From Pseudomonadota bacterium (GTDB taxonomy: Bacteria; Pseudomonadota; Gammaproteobacteria; Burkholderiales; UBA9220), in the NCBI GenBank assembly GCA_021845865.1, contig JAJZVC010000011.1:405-64404 (forward strand): 64,000 nucleotides of DNA. The letters run 5' to 3'. Position numbers and translations under genes: made by a program. The notes under the pieces were generated by a model, which was given only the letters and a program-made list of their open reading frames with translations, did not search any database and had not been told where the DNA came from. This document shows positions 42,272 through 51,400 of the stretch, piece after piece. Numbering within the stretch: the first letter of the stretch is position 1; the number at the start of each line of letters is the position of its first letter.

Positions 42272-43012
42272 ATGCAGGACAAAGTTGTGCTGATTACCGG
42301 CGGGGCCAAGCGGGTGGGGGCGGAAATCGCCCGCCAGCTTCACGGCCTCGGCGCCCGGGTGATGATCCATTACCGTTCCTCGGCGGCGGAGGCCGAGGGC
42401 CTGGCGGCGGAGCTGAACCGGACGCGGCCCGGTTCGGCGGCCCTGGTGCAGGCCGACCTGCACGACGTCGAGCGCCTGCCGGCCCTGGTGGCCGCCACCC
42501 TGGAGCGCTTCGGCCGCCTGGACGTGCTGGTCAACAACGCCTCCAGCTTCTACCCCACGGCGGTGGGGGAGATTCGCGAACAGGACTGGCACGACCTCCT
42601 CGGCACCAACCTGAAGGCGCCTCTGTTCCTCTCCCAGGCCGCCGCCGACGCCCTGCGCCACAGCCACGGCTGCATCGTCAACATCGCCGACATCCACGCC
42701 GAGCGGCCGATGAAGAGCTACGTCGTCTATAGCATCGCCAAGGCCGGCCTGGTGGCCCTGACCAAATCCCTGGCCCACGAACTGGGCCCCCAGGTGCGGG
42801 TCAATGCGGTGGCCCCCGGCCCCATCCTGTGGCCGGAGGAGGACCCTACCTTCGACGACCAGGAGCGCCGCCGCATCGTCGCCCATACCCTGCTGAAGCG
42901 GGAAGGCAGCCCCCAGGACATCGCCCGGGCGGTGACCTTCCTGGTCAAGGACGCGCCCTACGTCACCGGCGTCTTCCTGCCGGTGGACGGCGGGCGCAGC
43001 GCCAGCCTGTGA
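42272..43012 (+). CDS. Pteridine reductase (SDR family)
   Basis: TGGAKRVG, NNASSFYPT, YSIAK, NAVAPG. Confidence 0.85.
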   Translation: MQDKVVLITGGAKRVGAEIARQLHGLGARVMIHYRSSAAEAEGLAAELNRTRPGSAALVQADLHDVERLPALVAATLERFGRLDVLVNNASSFYPTAVGEIREQDWHDLLGTNLKAPLFLSQAAADALRHSHGCIVNIADIHAERPMKSYVVYSIAKAGLVALTKSLAHELGPQVRVNAVAPGPILWPEEDPTFDDQERRRIVAHTLLKREGSPQDIARAVTFLVKDAPYVTGVFLPVDGGRSASL

Positions 43013-43764
43013 TGGAGCCGGTCAAGCCGCCGAAGACGCTGATCCAGGCCACCGGCAAGGCCATCGGCGACTTCGACATGATCCGCGACGGCGACCGGGT
43101 GTTGCTGGGCCTGTCCGGCGGCAAGGACTCCCTGTCCCTGCTCCACGTTCTGCTGCATATGCAGCAGAAGGCGCCCATCCGTTTCGAGCTGGCCGCCTGC
43201 ACGGTGGACCCCCAGTCGCCGGATTTCGACCCCTCCCCCCTCAAGGCCTACCTGGCGGAGCTGGGAGTGCCCTATTTCTTCGAGAGCCAGCCCATCGTCG
43301 AACAGGCGGAGAAAAGCATGGTGGGGGATTCCTTCTGCGCCTTCTGCTCCCGCATGCGCCGGGGCATCCTCTACCGGGCGGCGCGGGAACACGGCTACAA
43401 CGTCCTGGCCATGGGCCAGCACCTGGACGACCTGGCGGAAACCTTCCTCATGTCCGCCTTTTTCGGCGGCAAGCTGCGCACCATGGCCGCCCACTACACC
43501 ATCGACGCCGGCGACCTGCGGGTGATCCGCCCCTTCGCCTACGTGCGCGAGCGCCAGACCCTGGCCTTCGCCCGCAGCGCCGAACTGCCCGTCATCTTCG
43601 AGAATTGCCCGGCCTGCTTCAGCAAGCCGATGCAGCGCTATCAGATGAAGCAGTTGCTGGCGGGAGTGGAGAAGGATCATTCCAAGGTGTTTTCCAGCCT
43701 GCGCACGGCCATGAAGCCATTAATGGGCGGGAAAGGGGAGCCTCAGCGCGGCGCCGAGGACTGA
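43012..43764 (+). CDS. TtcA-like PP-loop tRNA thiolase
   Basis: SGGKDS, CAFCSRMRRG, HLDD, ENCPAC. Confidence 0.75.
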   Translation: MEPVKPPKTLIQATGKAIGDFDMIRDGDRVLLGLSGGKDSLSLLHVLLHMQQKAPIRFELAACTVDPQSPDFDPSPLKAYLAELGVPYFFESQPIVEQAEKSMVGDSFCAFCSRMRRGILYRAAREHGYNVLAMGQHLDDLAETFLMSAFFGGKLRTMAAHYTIDAGDLRVIRPFAYVRERQTLAFARSAELPVIFENCPACFSKPMQRYQMKQLLAGVEKDHSKVFSSLRTAMKPLMGGKGEPQRGAED

Positions 43765-43791
43765 GCCGCGCCGTCCCCGGAACGGCGCGGC
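43765..43791. terminator. Hairpin between the convergent ttcA-like and M48 genes
   Basis: GCCGCGCCGT-n7-ACGGCGCGGC; no T run. Confidence 0.45.
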
Positions 43792-43796
43792 CGGGT

Positions 43797-44654
43797 TCAC
43801 TTGCCGTTGGGCTTGTGCTTGAGGAAGCGGGCGGCCAGGGTGGGCTGGCTGCCGTAGGCATCCAGCTTGTCGCCGGCGGCCTGGTCGATGGCCTTGATCC
43901 GGTCGGCGGGCGCGGGATGGGTTTCGAACAGCAGGGCGGCCCCCGGGTCCTTGGGGTTGAGCTTTTCCAGGTCGTGAATCACCTCCGGCAGGGCGAAGGG
44001 GTCGTAGCCGCCCCGGGCGGCGATGACGATGCCCATGCGGTCGGCCTCGTACTCGTCGTCCTTGTCCAGGCCGCGGGCGTAGAGCTCCTTGGTGCCCTGG
44101 ACCAGGTTGGCCAGCACTCTGGATTTCGTGTCTCCCTCCCCCCGGGCCTCCACCGCCATGGTGGCCACTTCGGCAAAGGCGCCGTAGGAGGCGTTCTTCT
44201 GGATCGCCTTGAGGTGGTGTTTCTGCAGCACGTGGGCGATTTCGTGGGACAGCACCCCGGCCAGTTCCGCTTCGCTGTTGAGGCGCTTGAGCAGCCCCTT
44301 GGTGACGAAAATATAGCCCCCCGGCGCGGCGAAGGCGTTGACCGCGTCGCTGTCCAGCACGCCGAAGTGCCATGCCAGGTCGGGCCGTTCGGTCTGCAGG
44401 GCGAGCCAGCGGCCCACGTCGTTGACGTATTTTTCCAGGGCCGGGTTGTTCACCAGGGGGGCGCCCCCCAGCAGGGTGGAGGCCATCTGTTCGCCGATGG
44501 CCACCTCCTCTTTTTCCGGGACTTCCCGGTTGGCTTCCTGGACGTTCTTGATGACGTTGCCGATGCGGTTGAGGTTGATGTTCCCCAGGTCGAAGGCGTG
44601 GCCGGCCACGGGTATCGCCAGGGCGGCCAGCAGGATGGCGAGGCGCTTGGTCAT
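43797..44654 (-). CDS. Exported M48-family zinc metallopeptidase
   Basis: Signal peptide; VNAFAAPGG, HEIAH, EYEAD, THP...RI; ATGA overlap. Confidence 0.85.
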   Translation of the reverse strand: MTKRLAILLAALAIPVAGHAFDLGNINLNRIGNVIKNVQEANREVPEKEEVAIGEQMASTLLGGAPLVNNPALEKYVNDVGRWLALQTERPDLAWHFGVLDSDAVNAFAAPGGYIFVTKGLLKRLNSEAELAGVLSHEIAHVLQKHHLKAIQKNASYGAFAEVATMAVEARGEGDTKSRVLANLVQGTKELYARGLDKDDEYEADRMGIVIAARGGYDPFALPEVIHDLEKLNPKDPGAALLFETHPAPADRIKAIDQAAGDKLDAYGSQPTLAARFLKHKPNGK

Positions 44655-45193
44655 TGGCCGTCTCCCCACATGGAAGTCTTATTGTCGGGCGAAGCCGTCG
44701 GCGGTTTCAGGTAGTCCACCTGCTGGGCCTTGAGCCCGCCGGCGGCGGCGAAGGTCCGCGCCTCCTTGGCGCCGACCGTGTATTGCTTGAGCTTCCTCAT
44801 CTCTTCCGGATTGGGCTGGGCGTTGGCCAATTCTTCCTTGGTCAGGCCGCGCACACCGGTGGCCACGGTGGTGCCGCTGCTGCCGGTGCGGGCGATGTTG
44901 AGCAGGCCGGCGAGGCCGGCCCCGCCGCTGCCGCCCTTGGCGGTGCCGTCCCCCATGCGCAGGGCGAGCATGCGCACCCAGCCCTCCTTGTCCGCGGCCT
45001 TGACCTGCGTCCAGGGGCCCTGGCGCTTGAGAATTTCCACCGTGGTGTTTTCCGGCAGGGCGGCCACGGTCTCGGCGTCGGCGAAGGGGGTTTTTTTCAG
45101 GTCGGTGGCCTTGACGGTCTGGGCGCTTTCCCCCCAGGCGGCAAAACTGGCGGCCAGGGCCAAGGCGGCGATCAACAGGCGGGTCCGCTTCAC
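44651..45193 (-). CDS. Exported SH3-domain protein
   Basis: Signal peptide; [13 protein letters not shown]...EGWV; ATGVRGL; GTGA overlap. Confidence 0.7.
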   Translation of the reverse strand: MKRTRLLIAALALAASFAAWGESAQTVKATDLKKTPFADAETVAALPENTTVEILKRQGPWTQVKAADKEGWVRMLALRMGDGTAKGGSGGAGLAGLLNIARTGSSGTTVATGVRGLTKEELANAQPNPEEMRKLKQYTVGAKEARTFAAAGGLKAQQVDYLKPPTASPDNKTSMWGDGQ

Positions 45194-47028
45194 GGGTTTT
45201 TTCTCCTCGGTTCAAACAGTTGCACTTCCTGGGTACGGCCTTTGACTTTATAGGACCCGTGGTCGATAAAGTCAAAGCTTTCGCCGCAGCGCTGCCGGGT
45301 CTCGGCGGAGACCAGGACCCGCGCCACGCCCTTGGTCTGGCCCTCGATGCGGCTGGCCAGGTTCACCGTGTCGCCGATGGCGGTGTAGTCCTGGCGCTGC
45401 TCGGAGCCGATGAAGCCCACCACCGCCGGGCCGGTGTGGATGCCGATGCCCACGTCGAAGGTTTCCCCCTGGGCGCCCAGCTCCTGCTTGAATGCTTCCA
45501 GGGTGTCCACCATCTCCAGGGCGCAGGCCACGGCGTTTTCCGCCTGCCGGGGATCGTCCGTTGGGGCGCCCCAGAAGGCCATGATGGCGTCGCCGATGAA
45601 TTTGTCCAGGGTGCCGCCGTGGCGGAAGATGACCGCCACCTGGCGGCTGAAGTAGTCGTTGAGCAGGTCCACGATCTCCTGGGGGCTGCGGCTTTCCGAC
45701 AGGGTGGTGAAGCCGCGGATGTCGGAGAACAGCACCGTCAGTTCGCCGCTGCGGCCCGACAAGCTTTCCGCCGTCTGGCCTTTGTCCACCAGCTCCTTCA
45801 CCACCCGGGGGTCGAGGAAGCGGTTGAAGGCGCGGATGGTGGCTTCCCGTGCCCGCCGTTCCTTGAGGTAAACGTGGACCGTGGCGGCGAGGTAGTAGGT
45901 CCAGCCGAAGGCCAGGGGGACGAACACCGGCAGCAGCCATAACTGGGTGACGGCGAAGTATTCCGCCCCCAGCAGGAGCAGGGTGGCGGGCGCCAGGCCG
46001 AGGGCGATGCGCGGGGGGGTGAAGCCGCGGGCGAAGGCGCCGCCCAGCCCGGCGAGCAGCAGCGCCGTGAGGGCGAACACGAGGGCGGCCGGAGCCTGGG
46101 CCATGTAGCCCCGGTTCTTCAGGTTGTCCAGGGCGGTGGCGAGGATTTCCACCGCCGGGTAGAGGCTGTCCACGGGGGTGGCGCGGATGTCGTGGAGGCC
46201 GGCGGCGCTGGCGCCGATGATGACGATCTTGCCGCTGAATTCATCGGCGGGACGCCGGGGGTGCTGGCGGGAAAAATCCTCGTACAGGTCGGCGTAGGAA
46301 ACGTGGCGGTGGGCCAGGGCCGGGCCGCGCCAGCCCAGGAGCAGGGTTTCGCCGGGAGGGAGGGGATAGCCCATATCCTTCGCCACCCGGGCCGGCAGGG
46401 AAGGCAGGCGCCAGCCGTGGGCGTCCAGGTAGAGGTAGTAGCGGCGGCCGATGCCGTCCGGGTCCTCGAGGAAATTGATCGCCCCGAGGCGCCAATTCTC
46501 CGGGTTCAGGGCGCCGGGCAGGGCCAGGGCGGCCTTGGCGCCGGCTTCCGCGGCGGGAGTGCGCTCGAAGCCGAGGAGCGCGCCGTAGCCGTCGAGGGGG
46601 ATGCCCTTGGCGTCGCCGTTGGCCGGCAGGCGCAGGAAAGGAAAATAGACGTTGCGCTGGGCGGCGACTGCCTGGTTGAAATAGGCGTCGCTGTCCTTGC
46701 GGTAGATGTCCGGGTCGGTGAACAGGATGTCGAACAGGATGGCCTTGGGGTGCTGGCGGGCGAGGCCTTCCACCAGTTCGCCATGCACCGCCCGGGGCCA
46801 GGGATAGCTGCCGACGCTGTCGGCCATGCGGGCGAGGCTTTTCTCGTCGATATCGACCACGACGATGTCGGGGTCGGCTTGGCGGTCCAGGGAAATTTCC
46901 CGCACGAAGGCGTCCGACAGGCGGTTTTCCAGAGCCTGAAGGCGGTGCAGCGAGAAAATTTCCACCGCCGCCGCCGCCAGAAAGGCGAGGGCGAGCAGCA
47001 GCAGGGGAGAGGGCCGGACGGGTCGCAT
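45190..47028 (-). CDS. CHASE2-domain class III adenylate/guanylate cyclase
   Basis: [21 protein letters not shown] (CHASE2); TM helices; [29 protein letters not shown]. Confidence 0.9.
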   Translation of the reverse strand: MRPVRPSPLLLLALAFLAAAAVEIFSLHRLQALENRLSDAFVREISLDRQADPDIVVVDIDEKSLARMADSVGSYPWPRAVHGELVEGLARQHPKAILFDILFTDPDIYRKDSDAYFNQAVAAQRNVYFPFLRLPANGDAKGIPLDGYGALLGFERTPAAEAGAKAALALPGALNPENWRLGAINFLEDPDGIGRRYYLYLDAHGWRLPSLPARVAKDMGYPLPPGETLLLGWRGPALAHRHVSYADLYEDFSRQHPRRPADEFSGKIVIIGASAAGLHDIRATPVDSLYPAVEILATALDNLKNRGYMAQAPAALVFALTALLLAGLGGAFARGFTPPRIALGLAPATLLLLGAEYFAVTQLWLLPVFVPLAFGWTYYLAATVHVYLKERRAREATIRAFNRFLDPRVVKELVDKGQTAESLSGRSGELTVLFSDIRGFTTLSESRSPQEIVDLLNDYFSRQVAVIFRHGGTLDKFIGDAIMAFWGAPTDDPRQAENAVACALEMVDTLEAFKQELGAQGETFDVGIGIHTGPAVVGFIGSEQRQDYTAIGDTVNLASRIEGQTKGVARVLVSAETRQRCGESFDFIDHGSYKVKGRTQEVQLFEPRRKNP

Positions 47029-47058
47029 CCGGCCATGGTAGGGGAGGTACCCCTTAAA

Positions 47059-47877
47059 TTACAAGCCCAGGCGCTGGCCCAGGGTGGAGATCAGCCCCGC
47101 CTGGTTGAGGGTGTAGAAGTGCAGCCCCGGTGCACCGCCCCGCAGCAGCTTGTCGCACAGGTCGGTGACCACGTCCAGGCCGAAGGCTTGGAGGGCGGGC
47201 AGGTCGTTGGCCATGCCTTCCATGCGCTTGCGCATCCAGCGGGGAATCTCCGCCCCGCAGGCGTCGGAAAAGCGTGCCAGCTGGGTGAAGTTGGAGATGG
47301 GCATGATGCCCGGCACGATGGGGATGGACACTCCCCGCGCGGCGCACTCGTCGACGAAGCGGAAGTAGGCGTCGGCGTTGTAGAAGTACTGGGTGATGGC
47401 GGCGTCCGCCCCGGCCTTCGCCTTGGCGGCGAAGTTGTCCAGGTCCGCCACGGCGGAGGGGGCCTCGGGGTGGAACTCGGGATAGGCGGCCACCTCGATG
47501 TGGAACCAGTCGCCGTACTCGGCGCGGATGAAGGCCACCAGGTCGGCGGCGTAGCGGAAATCCCCCAGCTCCACCATGCCCGACGGGATATCGCCGCGCA
47601 GGGCGACGATGCGCTTGATGCCGTTGGCCTTGTACTCGTCCAGCAGGCTCTTGATGCTGTCGTGGGTGGCGGCGATGCAGGACAGGTGGGGGGCGGCCTG
47701 GTGGCCCTCCTTCTGTATCTCCAGCACCGTCTCCAGGGTGCGGTCCCGGGTGGAGCCGCCGGCGCCGAAGGTGACCGAGAAGAACTCCGGTTTCATCTGC
47801 GCCAGCTGTTGGCGGGTGGCCCGCAGCTTGTCGATGCCCTCCTGGGTCTTGGGGGGGAAGAATTCGAAACTGAGCAT
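47059..47877 (-). CDS. metF: 5,10-methylenetetrahydrofolate reductase
   Basis: SFEFFPPKT, SVTFGAGGST, ALRGD, AYPE.HP, ITQYF, HFYTLN; an alternative start at 47913 would translate the repeat array. Confidence 0.95.
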   Translation of the reverse strand: MLSFEFFPPKTQEGIDKLRATRQQLAQMKPEFFSVTFGAGGSTRDRTLETVLEIQKEGHQAAPHLSCIAATHDSIKSLLDEYKANGIKRIVALRGDIPSGMVELGDFRYAADLVAFIRAEYGDWFHIEVAAYPEFHPEAPSAVADLDNFAAKAKAGADAAITQYFYNADAYFRFVDECAARGVSIPIVPGIMPISNFTQLARFSDACGAEIPRWMRKRMEGMANDLPALQAFGLDVVTDLCDKLLRGGAPGLHFYTLNQAGLISTLGQRLGL

Positions 47878-47878
47878 A

Positions 47879-47906
47879 CGTGAGGCGTGAGGCGTGAGGC
47901 GTGAGG
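47879..47906. repeat. Tandem heptamer array (CGTGAGG)x4
   Basis: Four exact copies between the four-helix-bundle stop codon and the metF ATG. Confidence 0.9.
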
Positions 47907-47909
47907 GGG

Positions 47910-48272
47910 TCATTTCTCTACTCGCTTCCTCTGGTGGTTGATGAGGCCGCTAATCAGGGCAAATAGTCGTTCCAATTGTTCGGTGGGAACTTGGCTTGCT
48001 TCCAGATAGCCGATTTCTCGCGCCACGATCAACTGGGTCTCCAGCTCGCTCAAGGACCCTCGGGCGACGCCGAGAAAGTGGAGTAACTCCTTGTCCGTTA
48101 AACGCGCGCTGCCCTCGGCGATATTCGAGGGGACGGAGATTGCGCTACGGCGAATCTGGCTCGCCAAGCCATAAGTTTCGTGCGGGGGAAAGGAAGCGGT
48201 GAGGGCATAAACGTCCTTGACCAAGCCAATGGCAAGCTGCCAAGCGTCAAGGTCGTGGTGTTTCCGCCTCAC
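47910..48272 (-). CDS. Four-helix-bundle protein (TIGR02436 / 23S rRNA IVS-protein-like)
   Basis: HHDLDAWQ, FPPHETYGLASQIRRSAISVPSNIAEG, ARGSLSELETQL; codon usage less GC-biased than its neighbours. Confidence 0.88.
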   Translation of the reverse strand: MRRKHHDLDAWQLAIGLVKDVYALTASFPPHETYGLASQIRRSAISVPSNIAEGSARLTDKELLHFLGVARGSLSELETQLIVAREIGYLEASQVPTEQLERLFALISGLINHQRKRVEK

Positions 48273-48294
48273 CCCTCACCCCTTTCCCCTCACG
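48266..48294. repeat. Degenerate heptamer array (sCCTCAC)x4, inverted relative to 47879-47906
   Basis: GCCTCAC CCCTCAC CCCTTTC CCCTCAC G. Confidence 0.85.
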
Positions 48295-48297
48295 GCC

Positions 48298-49701
48298 TTA
48301 ATACCGGTAGTGGTTGGGCTTGTAGGGGCCGTCCTTGGGCACGCCGATGTACTTGGCCTGCGTGTCGGAGAGCTCCGTCAGGTGGACGCCGATCTTCTTC
48401 AGGTGCAGGCGGGCCACCTTTTCGTCCAGATGCTTGGGCAGGGTGTACACGCCCACCGGATACTTGTCGGCATGGTTGAACAGCTCGATCTGGGCGATGG
48501 TCTGGTTGCTGAAGGACGCGGACATCACGAAGGAGGGGTGGCCAGTGGCGCAGCCCAGGTTCACCAGGCGGCCCTTGGCGAGAACGATGATCTTTTTGCC
48601 GTCGGGGAAGATCACGTGGTCCACCTGGGGCTTGATCTCCTCCCACTGGTATTTTTCCACCGAGGCGATGTCGATTTCGGAGTCGAAGTGGCCGATGTTG
48701 CACACGATGGCCTCGTTCTTCATCTTCGCCATGTGGTCGTGGTTGATCACGTGCACGTTGCCGGTGGCGGTGACGAAGATGTCGCCGATGGCGGCCACCT
48801 CGTCCATGGTCACCACGCGGTAGCCTTCCATGGCCGCCTGCAGGGCGCAGATGGGGTCGATTTCGGTCACCATCACGGTGGCGCCCATGCCGCGGAAGGC
48901 CTGGGCGCAGCCCTTGCCCACGTCGCCGTAGCCCAGCACGACGCAGATCTTGCCCGCCACCATCACGTCGGTGGCGCGCTTGATGCCGTCCAGCAGGGAT
49001 TCGCGGCAGCCGTAGAGGTTGTCGAACTTGGACTTGGTCACCGAGTCGTTGACGTTGATGGCCGGGAATTTCAGGCGGCCTTCCTCGGCCATCTGGTAGA
49101 GGCGGTGAACGCCGGTGGTGGTTTCCTCGGTCACGCCCTTGATGTGCTTGATGCGCTCGGAGTACCAGCCGGGAGAGGTTTCCAGGCGTTTCTTGATGGC
49201 CGCGAACAGCACCCGTTCTTCCTCGCAGGTGGGGTTGGCGATGCAGGACGGGTCGCTTTCCGCGCGGGTGCCCAGGTGCAGCAGCAGGGTGGCGTCGCCG
49301 CCGTCGTCCAGGATCATGTTGGCGGGCTCGCCGGGCCACTCGAAGATGCGGTGGGTGTAATCCCAGTACTCTTCCAGGGACTCGCCCTTGTAGGCGAAGA
49401 CCGGGATGCCGTCGGCGGCGATGGCGGCGGCGGCGTGGTCCTGGGTCGAGTAGATGTTGCAGGAAGCCCAGCGTACCTGGGCGCCCAGGGCGGTGAGGGT
49501 TTCAATCAGCACCGCGGTCTGGATGGTCATGTGCAGGGAGCCGGCGATGCGCGCGCCCTTGAGGGGCTGGGAAGCGGCGAATTCCTCGCGGATGGCCATC
49601 AGGCCGGGCATTTCCACCTCGGCGATGGCGATTTCCTTGCGGCCCCAAGAGGCCAGGGACATGTCGGCGACTTTGTAGTCGGTGAATTTAGCGTCAGCCA
49701 C
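48298..49701 (-). CDS. ahcY: S-adenosylhomocysteine hydrolase
   Basis: [43 protein letters not shown]; GTG start with AGGAG RBS. Confidence 0.96.
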   Translation of the reverse strand: MADAKFTDYKVADMSLASWGRKEIAIAEVEMPGLMAIREEFAASQPLKGARIAGSLHMTIQTAVLIETLTALGAQVRWASCNIYSTQDHAAAAIAADGIPVFAYKGESLEEYWDYTHRIFEWPGEPANMILDDGGDATLLLHLGTRAESDPSCIANPTCEEERVLFAAIKKRLETSPGWYSERIKHIKGVTEETTTGVHRLYQMAEEGRLKFPAINVNDSVTKSKFDNLYGCRESLLDGIKRATDVMVAGKICVVLGYGDVGKGCAQAFRGMGATVMVTEIDPICALQAAMEGYRVVTMDEVAAIGDIFVTATGNVHVINHDHMAKMKNEAIVCNIGHFDSEIDIASVEKYQWEEIKPQVDHVIFPDGKKIIVLAKGRLVNLGCATGHPSFVMSASFSNQTIAQIELFNHADKYPVGVYTLPKHLDEKVARLHLKKIGVHLTELSDTQAKYIGVPKDGPYKPNHYRY

Positions 49702-49782
49702 AGCGAACTCCTAACGTTGTGGCCGGGGGGATGCGGGAGTGTTGCTCACCTGGCATCCCGTGCCCGGCACGGGGTTGAAATC

Positions 49783-49848
49783 AGGTGAGCGCGGTTCTTT
49801 GGAAAGCCGAGCCTGACGGTGTGGGGGCCGTTGCAGCGCTCCTCGGGC
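49783..49848 (-). ncRNA. SAH riboswitch
   Basis: Minus strand CCGAGGAGCGCTGCAACGG..CCGTCAGGCTCGG..AACCGCGCTCACC upstream of ahcY matches the SAH aptamer consensus; a competing GCTCACCTG/CAGGTGAGC stem lies at 49744-49790. Confidence 0.88.
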
Positions 49849-49898
49849 GGGTTGAATTATAACTGAATTTTTTGAGAGGGCGGGACGTCACGGGCCTA

Positions 49899-50687
49899 TT
49901 AATAGAGGCGTCTGCGCAGCAAATAATCATCTGGGAGTTTAATGATGTAGCTGCCGTCCTTTTTGAGGAGGGCAAGTTCCTTATCGTTCTTAGCAATCAG
50001 TAGCCCTTCATGAAGCGTGGTCCCCGTTTTATCTACGAGGAAGAAACAATTGCTCCACTTTGTCTTCTCATTCGGGAAGCAACCTTTTTCACGGAAGACT
50101 TTAATTTTTTCAAGCGCCATGGAATTTCCTTTGGAATAAGCCGCCATCGGGAGCAACCACCAAAGAAGCGCGATGAGTACTGTGGTCGTTAAGAGAAAAA
50201 GAATGCTATAAAACAGAACCCATACAATGCCAATGACTTTTGTAAGATCGTTGTTTTTCCAATGCAATCTGGATAATAAAGTTTCCAGAATTTTTAGAAT
50301 ATTGGAAAGAATCGGGTAAGGTGGCCTCTTGAGCGCTTTAACGAGCCAATAAAGGCCGCCGACGCATAAGCAAATGGTAAGAATAACCCAATAGACAAGA
50401 GGGGGAGACAACAGTCGATTAATCGTTTTTGCGGCAACTTCCCCTAGGCTAAGCAAAAAAAGACCGACAGCATGATACGAAAATACGTAGATGTCAGGGG
50501 TCGCAAGAGGAAATCCGTCAGCCGCTACACCAAAAGCTTCCATATACCCTTGGTAATAGCTTAGGCCAAGTAAATAGGCTCCAGGGGTAAGGATACCAAT
50601 AAGGGCAGCGGAAATTGCAAATAGATTCTTCCACTTTTTTGCTTTTGGCTGTTCCTCAGATGGCTGTGGCATTGGGTTGTTAGGCAT
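49899..50687 (-). CDS. AT-rich hypothetical membrane protein
   Basis: 262-aa ORF with several hydrophobic segments; markedly lower GC than the flanks; no family recognised. Confidence 0.6.
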   Translation of the reverse strand: MPNNPMPQPSEEQPKAKKWKNLFAISAALIGILTPGAYLLGLSYYQGYMEAFGVAADGFPLATPDIYVFSYHAVGLFLLSLGEVAAKTINRLLSPPLVYWVILTICLCVGGLYWLVKALKRPPYPILSNILKILETLLSRLHWKNNDLTKVIGIVWVLFYSILFLLTTTVLIALLWWLLPMAAYSKGNSMALEKIKVFREKGCFPNEKTKWSNCFFLVDKTGTTLHEGLLIAKNDKELALLKKDGSYIIKLPDDYLLRRRLY

Positions 50688-50806
50688 AAGTTATTTCAAA
50701 TCACTCTTGACGGGTGCTTAATAACCCTACGCCCAATGATTTAAGCTGTCAACACGTAGTGTGTTGATTTGTTATGTATATTTGCTTTGTGTGGGGGGTC
50801 TGATGA

Positions 50807-51394
50807 CGCGCTTCGCGCGGATAGTTTGAGACGGGGGCGGCCCCGTAAGCCGCTCACTTTTCTTGTCTCGCCAAGAAAAGGTAAGCACCCCACAAGGGTG
50901 TCCTCGCCGGACCGGGCGGCTGAGGAATTGGCTGCGGCATAACCTTGGCGCTACGCGCAAAGGTTAGCCTACGCCGCAACAAGCCGCTGTGCGGCGTGTT
51001 GTCGGCCTGCGGCCTCAGACACCCTCAGCCGACTTCCCCCGGCCCGGCTGTGCTACTCGGCGGCGCAGAGGGGAATTCTCCCTCACCCCCGGCCCCTCTC
51101 CCGCATGCGGGAGAGGGGGGAACTACACCGGTGGTGGGGGGTACAACGGTTTTTGATTTTCATCCCCTCTGCGCCGCCGAGGATTTGTGGCTCAAGCGGG
51201 GGAAGTCGGGCGCGTTTGTCTGAGGCCGTAGGCCGAGTTTACGCGCCCGCCCGCTTGGGCCATAAACCGCAGGGAAGCCCGAAGGGCCGGGGAAGCGGGG
51301 TGCCTTTTTCTTGGGTTACTTTCTTTTGGGCAAGCAAAAGAAAGTGACTAGCTGTCGGGCTACCCCCGACACCCAATCAACCGCGCGAAGCGCG
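50807..51394. mobile_element. Non-coding nested inverted-repeat element (MITE-like or structured DNA)
   Basis: Terminal 14-bp IR CGCGCTTCGCGCGG / CCGCGCGAAGCGCG; internal IR pairs 51002-51021/51217-51236, 51029-51041/51197-51209, 51056-51074/51163-51181. The repeat structure is seen directly; mobility is inferred. Confidence 0.65.
51080..51118 (+). repeat. Fourth copy of the lipB/DUF559-type palindromic repeat
   Basis: CCCTCACCCCCGGCCCCTCTCCCGCATGCGGGAGAGGGG. Confidence 0.85.
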
Positions 51395-51400
51395 ACAAGA

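Noticed and set aside
47910-48272. Four-helix-bundle gene as the Avd of a diversity-generating retroelement
   Set aside because: No reverse transcriptase and no TR/VR pair is visible in the window.
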